A stretch of 64,000 bases of DNA, from NCBI GenBank assembly GCA_963674705.1, contig OY771506.1:4192001-4256000 (forward strand), written 5' to 3'. The stretch is from Phycisphaeraceae bacterium. Lineage in GTDB: Bacteria; Planctomycetota; Phycisphaerae; Phycisphaerales; Phycisphaeraceae. A program made the position numbers and the translations under genes. Of this stretch, positions 8,913-16,833 are shown piece by piece; position 1 is the first letter of the stretch, and each line of letters opens with the position of its first letter. The notes beneath the pieces were generated by a model, which worked only from the letters and a program-made list of their open reading frames with translations, searched no databases and was not told where the DNA came from.

Positions 8913-11048
8913 ATGCGTTATTCCCAAACTTATTTGCTGCTAATCCTGATAATCATTTGGTTGTCGCCTTCAAGCGCTAAGGCAGACCTTATCGAAGACT
9001 TCGAGAGCACGACCCTCGGCACGCTGAGCGACCAGAACGGATGGACAGCCACCTCGGGCGTCAGGGCGATACGTGATGCCAACACTGACAACCTGCTTAT
9101 GCAGGTGCTTGGTGGCGATGCCAATGCATACAAATCACTGGGCACATTAGTAATTGATGAAGGACAGACCGGCACGCTGTTTTTCCGATTTCAAGTAGAT
9201 GGGAATTCGATAGACAACACAGTTGGCCTGGCGGATGTAGCAAACCCCACATCCTGGGGAGATTACGAGAGCACGACACGTATCTATCCTGATGATGCGG
9301 ATATCAAAGCCCAGGGGCGTAGTTACTCCTGGTATCTTGATATGACCGAAAACGGCGGGGCGAATGGCCTTTCGATCGACACGTGGTATCACATGTGGAT
9401 CGTCAGCAACAACGACACCGACACCGTCGACTTCTACATGCAAGGCGGTAATATCGCGACACAAATCCTGGTCGCACAAAGTTACGGATTTCGTAACGGC
9501 ACGACAGATGCATTGATTACTTTCCTGGCTAAAAGCGGGTCCGGTGCATCCAGCAGCCTGTTTATCGATGACATTTACGTGTGGTCCGGCCAGAACCTGT
9601 CCAGCCCGATCGGTCCGGCGGCCTCAGGCGTGGTCGATGTCGACACGGGTATCGACCCGGGGCAGCGCGTAAGGATCGGGCTCGATCTGCCAAACCTGTT
9701 CACTTTCATTGATGAACGTGTAGCGGGAACAGACAGCACGATGCCGGCCGACCGTATGCCTGAAAGAACATACTCAGGGTATTGGAATCAGACCAGTCAA
9801 TGGGCGTGGACCAGCGGTTTCTTTGCCGGCCAGATGTGGATGATGTATCAGCAGACCGGCGACAGCGCTTACCTGGCTGGCGCTAAAGCACGTACCGCTG
9901 CGCTTGAAGGACAGGAATACAACGGCGGCGACCACGACATCGGATTCCGCGTGTTCAACAGTTTCGGACAAGGTTACAAATCGCTGCCTGATGGCGATCC
10001 TGATAAGGCAGACTACCTGGCTCGGGTGCTTATAGCAGCAGATACCCTGGCAGGCCGGTACAAACCCGTTTACCAGGCGATCGAATCCTGGGGCGGCGAC
10101 CAGGTCATCATCGATAACATGATGAATCTGGAACTGTTGTTCTGGGCAGCCGAACACACAAACGACCCAGCCAAAGCTCAATACTGGACGGATATCGCAG
10201 TCAATCACGCGCTGACAACCCAGCGAGAACACGTTCGGCCCGATGGTTCGACTTACCATGTCGTGCGTTTTGATGGAACCACCGGTGAAGTCATTGAGAA
10301 ACGTACCGCCCAGGGTTACGACAATGAATCCACCTGGTCGCGCGGCCAATCATGGGGCATGTACGGCTTCACACTGACCTATCGATTCACCGATCAACAA
10401 ACGTTCCTGGACACCGCGCTTGCTTTAGCGGATTACTGGATCGACAACATGCCCGCCGACGGGATGGTGCCTTATGACTTTGACGATCCCAATCCGGAAG
10501 TGCCGTTGGATTCTTCCGCGATGGCGATCGCTTCCTCGGCCATGCTTGAATTGATGGGCTATGTCGATTCATCCGAAGCAGCGCGCTACTTCAACGCAGC
10601 GGAGTTGATGCTCAACAACCTGGCATCCTTGGACATCCTGACTAACGGCCTGGAACACGAGGCGATCCTGCGTGAAGGTTCCATCGCTTACAACGTCCAC
10701 CACATGGGCCTGACCTACGGCGATTACTACTTCATCGAAGCGCTGCAGCGGTACATCGAAGTCATCAATGCATTACCGGGTGATATCAATATGGATGGCT
10801 TCGTCGGACTGGATGATCTCGATGTTGTCCTCGCCAATTGGAATGCCGAAGTTCCTGTAGGCATGGTGCAATATGGAGACCTGTCTCGTGATGGCTTCAT
10901 CGGCCTGGACGACCTGGACATCATCCTGGCGAACTGGAACAACAACTCGGCACCACCCAGTTCAGTTGTGCCGGAGCCGGCAAGCTTCGCATTGCTGACA
11001 CTAACGCTCTTGCCAATGGCATCCCGTTGCCGAGGTAAAGAGGCCTGA
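8913..11048 (+). CDS. GH88 unsaturated glucuronyl hydrolase with an N-terminal beta-sandwich domain, dockerin-like domain and PEP-CTERM
   Basis: GH88 motifs WTSGFFAG, HDIGF, IIDNMMNLELLFWA, RPDGSTYHVV, TAQGY..ESTWSRGQSW, YGDYYFIEAL; signal peptide from 8913; VPEP tail. Confidence 0.88.
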   Translation: MRYSQTYLLLILIIIWLSPSSAKADLIEDFESTTLGTLSDQNGWTATSGVRAIRDANTDNLLMQVLGGDANAYKSLGTLVIDEGQTGTLFFRFQVDGNSIDNTVGLADVANPTSWGDYESTTRIYPDDADIKAQGRSYSWYLDMTENGGANGLSIDTWYHMWIVSNNDTDTVDFYMQGGNIATQILVAQSYGFRNGTTDALITFLAKSGSGASSSLFIDDIYVWSGQNLSSPIGPAASGVVDVDTGIDPGQRVRIGLDLPNLFTFIDERVAGTDSTMPADRMPERTYSGYWNQTSQWAWTSGFFAGQMWMMYQQTGDSAYLAGAKARTAALEGQEYNGGDHDIGFRVFNSFGQGYKSLPDGDPDKADYLARVLIAADTLAGRYKPVYQAIESWGGDQVIIDNMMNLELLFWAAEHTNDPAKAQYWTDIAVNHALTTQREHVRPDGSTYHVVRFDGTTGEVIEKRTAQGYDNESTWSRGQSWGMYGFTLTYRFTDQQTFLDTALALADYWIDNMPADGMVPYDFDDPNPEVPLDSSAMAIASSAMLELMGYVDSSEAARYFNAAELMLNNLASLDILTNGLEHEAILREGSIAYNVHHMGLTYGDYYFIEALQRYIEVINALPGDINMDGFVGLDDLDVVLANWNAEVPVGMVQYGDLSRDGFIGLDDLDIILANWNNNSAPPSSVVPEPASFALLTLTLLPMASRCRGKEA

Positions 11049-11072
11049 CTTCGTTAACTGGAGCGATTGACG

Positions 11073-12363
11073 CCAATAAAGTAGAATCTCTGCTTTTCCG
11101 GCCCGACCTGATCTATCTAATCAAACCGATGTTCAAACCACAAATACTGATCCGATGAAGCCGCGAAACTTCACCCAAGAGGTAAACCAACTTCTTTACG
11201 AAGCCTACGGTCCGTCCAGCCCCGAAACGATAAACCTCCTTCTGCGAGCCAGAACCATCGCCGACGAGTCCGGCGACATCGATTTGAGCGTACAAGTGCG
11301 GGAACGTTTGATCTGTGCAGACTGGGACAGCGGCTACGCCAAGCATATCCTTGAGTCTCTCGCATGGCTCGCGGACCGGGTCGAAGCCGGTGAGGCTTCA
11401 AATTACATCCACGACCTGCCCAAGCTCTACACGCGGGTCGTCCGCATGGCGGCCATGGAACCGGACATCTCTCTGGAACAGCTCCACATCCTGCGAGCGA
11501 GGGAGAGGCACATCCTCACACTCTGCAGGCGGCCGACCGATAGCTGGCACAGCAACCTGTTGATCGCTATCCCGTGCGCCGATCACGAAGGTATCGCCTC
11601 AGCCATCGAGCGGTCTTCGCTCGGACCCCAGGCGGGCGGGGACTGCCCCGCCTGTCAACTGAATGAATGCATTCGTGGCCACCTGCTTCTTGGTCAAGTC
11701 GAACACGCCATGTCCCTGGCCAAGGACATCGAAGAAGTAGGCGGGGGCTGCAACAGCGCAGCGGCCGAACGCGACTCCATGCTGTTGATACCGTTAGCTG
11801 AAACACAGGCGTGGTCGCGTTGCCTGAAACGGCACCGGCAGTCCTGCAGTTGGGTCGTCGATGAAGGGCTTGTGCGCTCGGCGGCGCGGCACGTCGAGTT
11901 CCTGGTTGTCTTTGGCCGCCTGGAGCTGGCCGAGCGTCTGTTGTCCCACTTGCTGACCCGGTTCCGTAGAACCATGACCAGCGATGAGTTCTTCGAGGTT
12001 ATGTTGGCGACCCGGCTCTTGGCCTACCGCCTGGCCGAGGACGGACGGATCGATACCGAACTGTCCTGGCCCAGCGAAGGGTCCACGCCGGGTTCACCGG
12101 GCCGTATCCTCATCGACGATCTTAAGGCCCGGGCGAAGGCCCATCTGCATCGGCTTGCCGAACGATTCGATCAACGAAACGGCAACACCAGCTACGGCCA
12201 GCGATTGCTTGATCACGATCGATTGAATCAGCTCAAGTGTCCACCGGCGCTGGCGGATCGGCTGTCGACGCAGGGACGGCATGATCGGCCCGTGACACGC
12301 TAGCGGCAGAATAACGGCTAAGTTAAGAAAAGGGTAAGAAAACGGGACATTCTGCTTTATTGG
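11073..12363. mobile_element. Putative gene cassette bounded by 26-bp imperfect inverted repeats
   Basis: 11073-11098 CCAATAAAGTAGAATCTCTGCTTTTC versus the reverse complement of 12338-12363, CCAATAAAGCAGAATGTCCCGTTTTC (21/26 identical). Confidence 0.5.
11155..12303 (+). CDS. Hypothetical alpha-helical (TPR-like) protein
   Basis: 382-aa ORF with DCPAC and C-terminal LAERFDQRNG motifs; resembles helical proteins I recall next to HSP90-like genes (not verified). Confidence 0.6.
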   Translation: MKPRNFTQEVNQLLYEAYGPSSPETINLLLRARTIADESGDIDLSVQVRERLICADWDSGYAKHILESLAWLADRVEAGEASNYIHDLPKLYTRVVRMAAMEPDISLEQLHILRARERHILTLCRRPTDSWHSNLLIAIPCADHEGIASAIERSSLGPQAGGDCPACQLNECIRGHLLLGQVEHAMSLAKDIEEVGGGCNSAAAERDSMLLIPLAETQAWSRCLKRHRQSCSWVVDEGLVRSAARHVEFLVVFGRLELAERLLSHLLTRFRRTMTSDEFFEVMLATRLLAYRLAEDGRIDTELSWPSEGSTPGSPGRILIDDLKARAKAHLHRLAERFDQRNGNTSYGQRLLDHDRLNQLKCPPALADRLSTQGRHDRPVTR

Positions 12364-12653
12364 TATTGAGTCCAGCGGATTTGAAACCAATGGATGTTTG
12401 GCAATCATGACCAGATGCCGCCAGAATCTAAGCTGACACCCCAAATCTAGATATTTGTAGTAATCCAGGCCTGAAGGGATTTAAACAAGGCTTTGCCTTT
12501 CGCCAATCATACGACCAAACACTATAAATTTCTTTATTTAAGATGTTTATACGTTTTACGCATAGATCTGCAGCAGGCACACGCTATATCAATGGCCTTG
12601 ATTCAACCACAACTATGGCAATCGAATTGTTGTCGCAGCGGGTTGAAAAAGTC

Positions 12654-12727
12654 TTGACACCCAGATGTAATCGGTTACAATGCCACCATGGATGTAAGCG
12701 ATTACACGCATAATGTAAGCGATTCCA
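12654..12727 (+). promoter_or_regulatory. Sigma70-type promoter with three LacI-type operators
   Basis: TTGACA 12654-12659, 16-nt spacer, TACAAT 12676-12681; quasi-palindromes TGTAATCGGTTACA 12666-12679, TGTAAGCGATTACA 12693-12706 and TGTAAGCGATTCCA 12714-12727. Confidence 0.8.
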
Positions 12728-13764
12728 TTCTGCGGACGGTCAACAACGACCACGGCAGACCCGTCACCGTTCAAGACGTCTCGCGTCAGAGCGGTGTCTC
12801 TACTGCCACCGTCTCGCGCGTGATCAACCAATCCCCCAAAGTCAGCCCGAAAACGCGCATCCGGGTCCTCAAAGCGATCCAGGATTTGGGGTATATGCGC
12901 AATCACTCCGCCCGGGCCCTGGCCCGGCAGCGAACCGACACGATCGGCGTCGTCTTCCCGGGTATCGATTCGGGGTTCTTCAGTGAAGTGCTCAAAGGTA
13001 TCAACGAACATGCCGTCAGCAGGGACTACCACCTGATGGTCGGCTTTTCGCAGGACTCCGAAGACGAACACGATCGTGTGACGGAATATCTGCAGGCCGG
13101 CCGTGTTGACGCACTGATCCTGATGAACCTGGGTATGTCTGACCAATTCATCCGCCAGGCTGCCCAGCGCGAGTTGCCTATTGTTCTAATCGACAGGCCG
13201 GTCAAAAACGCACGCGTTGCCTCGGTGATGATCGACAACCGTAGCGGCGCCGATGCAGCGATGACTCACCTGCTTGACTTAGGCTACGAACGTATCGCAA
13301 TCCTCGCCGGCCCCGATGGCACGATAGACGCCGAGCAGCGGTTCGAAGGTTGTGAAGCAGCGCTTAAACGAGCCGGCCACAAACTTGATAAAGCGTTGAT
13401 CTGGCCGGGCAACTTCTTCTGGGAAAGCGGTTACGAACTGATGAACAACTGGCTAAACGCCGGCAAACCGTTGCCGGACGCCATGTTCGCGTTGAATGAT
13501 CCCATGGCGATGGGTGTGATCGAGTCGATGCATGAGCACGGCCTGAGCGTACCCAACGATATGGCATTGATCGGTTTCGATGATGTCCAGGCCGCACGTT
13601 ATGTCGGTCTGACAACGGTGCGTTCACCCATGCGTGAAATGGGCCGTGTCGCCAGCGAAGCCGCGATCAATCTTGTCACGGGTGGACGCACACTAGTTGA
13701 ACAAGTATTGCCGACCGAATTGATTGTGCGACGATCGTGTGGCGTGGAACACAAAGGGAAGTAA
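12688..13764 (+). CDS. LacI/GalR family transcriptional regulator
   Basis: HTH VTVQDVSRQSGVSTATVSRVIN, hinge ARALA, GLSVPNDMALIGFDD, LTTV, PTELIVRRSC. Confidence 0.95.
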   Translation: MDVSDYTHNVSDSILRTVNNDHGRPVTVQDVSRQSGVSTATVSRVINQSPKVSPKTRIRVLKAIQDLGYMRNHSARALARQRTDTIGVVFPGIDSGFFSEVLKGINEHAVSRDYHLMVGFSQDSEDEHDRVTEYLQAGRVDALILMNLGMSDQFIRQAAQRELPIVLIDRPVKNARVASVMIDNRSGADAAMTHLLDLGYERIAILAGPDGTIDAEQRFEGCEAALKRAGHKLDKALIWPGNFFWESGYELMNNWLNAGKPLPDAMFALNDPMAMGVIESMHEHGLSVPNDMALIGFDDVQAARYVGLTTVRSPMREMGRVASEAAINLVTGGRTLVEQVLPTELIVRRSCGVEHKGK

Positions 13765-13918
13765 ACGATTGCTGAGAAGTTAGTAAAGCGGTACTCACCG
13801 CAAGAAATGTATTGATGGCATGAGGAGGATCCTGCGTTGCGTGGCGCAGGTCGACAACGGAGTGACCGATCGGTGCTCCCGTATCAGATTGAATTACACT
13901 TTCTCTTGGAGGCTTGGA

Positions 13919-14929
13919 ATGATGATGGGTATCAAATCTGCGGCAGCCTACTCAGCCGTGGCAGGGATTTTTGTCCTGGCGGGCTCTGTCTCGGCAGCGG
14001 TTTCGGACATTGATGGCGTGGTGATTGTTGAACGGAATTGGAATGACTTCCCCAACAGCACCCTGGTAACAACAAACAACTACCCTACAACAGTATCGTT
14101 CGATGAATCCAGTTTTGATCCGCCGGACCTGATCAACATTCCGAATCCGTATGCGAATCAGCATCAGGCATGGCTCAGCGACGATGGCGGTTCCACACGC
14201 TATCAGTTCCAGAACAACGAAGGCTGGCAGTTAAGCGTAGATATCAATCTTGACACGCTCATCACCAGCCCGCGCAAAGAAGCCGGCATCCGGATGGACA
14301 CCAAGATCGGCGGCGAAGGTTTATTCATCATCACCTCGGATGGTGAAATCGCAGCGTTCGGTTCGTTCTTCCCCTTTGCAAGCACGAATATCGGCGACTT
14401 CGGCGGCAACACGTACACCGTGGGCAACACCGTCACGATGAAGATGATCTACACACCCGGTGACGGCGGCGGCGGCAGCGTCCCCGCAACCATGGAATAC
14501 ATCGTCAACGATATCTCCACCGGCCCGAAGGAAATCGCCAACCTTGAAAACGGCGTGATCGATAATTCCGAACTGGGCTTCTACGCTCAGAACGCAATCG
14601 GCGCCGCCAATATCTCCACCGACGCGGTCACCACAACCTTCTCGAATATCAGCATCAGCCCGCTTTCCGCACCGCTTGATGGTGACCTGAACGGCGACGG
14701 CTTTGTCGGCCTGGATGACCTGGACATCATCCTCGGAGCATGGAACCAGAACGTACCGCCGGCGGATGAAGCTGCCGACCCGTCCGGTGACGGCTTCGTC
14801 GGTCTGGACGACCTTGATATCGTGCTCAATAACTGGAATGCAGGTACGCCACCTGCTTCGGTCGTGCCCGAGCCCGCGACTCTGGCGCTTGTTGGATTCG
14901 GTGCGCTGGCTGCACTACGTCGACGCTAA
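13919..14929 (+). CDS. PEP-CTERM protein of unknown function with a dockerin-like domain
   Basis: GGAGG upstream of ATG 13919; signal peptide; dockerin-like repeat pair; VPEPATLALVGFGALAALRRR. Confidence 0.85.
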   Translation: MMMGIKSAAAYSAVAGIFVLAGSVSAAVSDIDGVVIVERNWNDFPNSTLVTTNNYPTTVSFDESSFDPPDLINIPNPYANQHQAWLSDDGGSTRYQFQNNEGWQLSVDINLDTLITSPRKEAGIRMDTKIGGEGLFIITSDGEIAAFGSFFPFASTNIGDFGGNTYTVGNTVTMKMIYTPGDGGGGSVPATMEYIVNDISTGPKEIANLENGVIDNSELGFYAQNAIGAANISTDAVTTTFSNISISPLSAPLDGDLNGDGFVGLDDLDIILGAWNQNVPPADEAADPSGDGFVGLDDLDIVLNNWNAGTPPASVVPEPATLALVGFGALAALRRR

Positions 14930-15082
14930 TCAACCATCGGCCCGTACCCTCCGGGTACTTACCCCCGGAGGGACGATGCCTTGTCTTGAGAAAGGGCAGG
15001 TGTCGGTATTGCGCGGGCTATGGATACCCAACGATTGATGTATCAATCGGACTATCTTCACTAAAGGAGGGTTTGCATTAAG

Positions 15083-15835
15083 ATGAAACTGTCACACCAC
15101 CTAACCATGTTATCCGCCGCCGCGGTCGTTCTGACCGGAACGCTTGCGTCGGCAGCGATCACGGACGTCGATAGCGCCCTGATCGAAACGCGCATCTGGA
15201 ATGATTTTCCCGACAGCACGTTGACTACCACCAACAACTTCCCAAGTTCTATCGTGATGGAGGAAACCGACTTCGGCACCGGCGGCTGGGCCAACAAGCA
15301 CGTTGCCTGGTTGTCCGCTGATGGCGGATCGAGCAAGTACATGCTGTCCAATAGCGAGGACTTCGCGATCTCTGTTGACATCACGTTAGAAGCCGCCGCC
15401 ACCGCGCCGCGCAAGGAAGCCGGCTTCCGCTTCGATACGTTCGGCGGTGAAGGCCTGGTCAATGTCACGACCGACGGCGAAGTCGCCGCGTTCGGCGGGC
15501 CGTTGCCGTTCTACACCTTCGGCGGCAGTGCTTACACACTCGGTACCACCGTCAACCTCGGCGTGATCTACAAGGCGCCTTCAGGTGGCTCGCCCGGCAC
15601 CATCGAATACATCCTCGATGGCGTCTCCAGCGGACCGCTTAACTTCACCAATCTCGAGCAAGGCATCATCAGCAGCTCCAAGGTTGGATTCGCCCTGCAG
15701 AACCAGGTCGACACGAACAACCCCGCCGACTACGGCAAGGTGACCTACGGTAACTTTGTAATCGATGTACCTGAACCCGCCAGCGCAATGCTGCTAACGC
15801 TGGGCGGCCTGACATTCCTCCGACGTAGGGCATAA
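15083..15835 (+). CDS. PEP-CTERM protein, paralogue of the upstream gene, without the dockerin-like domain
   Basis: AAAGGAGG RBS; shares WNDFP.STL.TTNN.P, AWLS.DGGS, PRKEAG.R.DT, GGEGL and DGE.AAFG with the upstream protein; VPEP tail. Confidence 0.88.
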   Translation: MKLSHHLTMLSAAAVVLTGTLASAAITDVDSALIETRIWNDFPDSTLTTTNNFPSSIVMEETDFGTGGWANKHVAWLSADGGSSKYMLSNSEDFAISVDITLEAAATAPRKEAGFRFDTFGGEGLVNVTTDGEVAAFGGPLPFYTFGGSAYTLGTTVNLGVIYKAPSGGSPGTIEYILDGVSSGPLNFTNLEQGIISSSKVGFALQNQVDTNNPADYGKVTYGNFVIDVPEPASAMLLTLGGLTFLRRRA

Positions 15836-15850
15836 CTGCCTATACCCTCT

Positions 15851-15881
15851 CCGGAGCCGGTCATTAACTTGACCGACTCCG
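15851..15881 (+). terminator. Intergenic hairpin (weak terminator or mRNA stabiliser)
   Basis: CGGAGCCGGTCA-TTAACT-TGACCGACTCCG; no clear U-tract. Confidence 0.35.
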
Positions 15882-15939
15882 CTTAACCGGCGGACTCTCC
15901 GCCAGCGAAACTCATGTGAACGACCCAGGAGCAAGCGAC

Positions 15940-16737
15940 ATGATGCGCAAGAACGCAGAATTTCACCGAACCAAGAACAATGAAAGCGGTTTCACGCTGA
16001 TCGAACTGCTCGTTGTCATCTCTATCATCGCGTTGCTGGTCGGCATCCTGTTGCCGGCGTTGGGCGCTGCACGTCGCACGGCACAGCGTTCGCGGTGTCT
16101 GTCTAATGTCCGCCAGATCGCCATCGCATCCCAGTTTTACTCGAATGACTTCAATGATTACCTGCCGTTGATTCCCGCATTCAATCGTCAAGGCGATCAG
16201 CTCTATCTGCTGGAATCGTACCTGGGCGGCGATGAAATTTTTATCTGCCCATCCGCAGAAGCCACATCCAGTGGTGGTGAAATATGGAGTAAAGCTGTAG
16301 GAAGCGCTAACTTCTTCGGTAATGGTCTGTATGAATCGCACTTTAAACCTTCATTCCCAACTGAAGAACTATGGGGTGTTGGCGTTTCAAAATATACCGA
16401 TTACAAGCTCAACGATAACATCGGTGAGAGAAAACCCCTTAACACACCGCCGGATGGAATCGTTGACAGGCCCGTTACCCAGTTGCCTTATACCACTTGG
16501 ACCGTAATCGCAATCGACATCGACTGGGGCTCAACGAATGAGGATGGTTCTATACGTGACGGTGATATCGCTCGTCACGGTGACGGTGAGAATCTCAGCT
16601 TCCTCGACGGGCACTCTGAGTACATGGCCCGTGAGGACTTCCGCGATCCGGCAACCGCACGTAAAGACCCACTGGGCAATGACGTCTGGTATCGATGGGG
16701 CAACCCCGATCAGGGTGGGGACACGTCTCAACCTTAA
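15940..16737 (+). CDS. Prepilin-type N-terminal cleavage/methylation protein with an H-X9-DG C-terminal motif (DUF1559-like)
   Basis: [30 protein letters not shown]....[25 protein letters not shown] before ATG 15940. Confidence 0.92.
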   Translation: MMRKNAEFHRTKNNESGFTLIELLVVISIIALLVGILLPALGAARRTAQRSRCLSNVRQIAIASQFYSNDFNDYLPLIPAFNRQGDQLYLLESYLGGDEIFICPSAEATSSGGEIWSKAVGSANFFGNGLYESHFKPSFPTEELWGVGVSKYTDYKLNDNIGERKPLNTPPDGIVDRPVTQLPYTTWTVIAIDIDWGSTNEDGSIRDGDIARHGDGENLSFLDGHSEYMAREDFRDPATARKDPLGNDVWYRWGNPDQGGDTSQP

Positions 16738-16833
16738 TAGCCTGAACAGGATGACACTACCATATAATGTGTGATTGATATTTGAGCCTTGGGCTCTGCG
16801 AGTGGGTGGAGTTGTTGAATCACGGGAGTTGTA

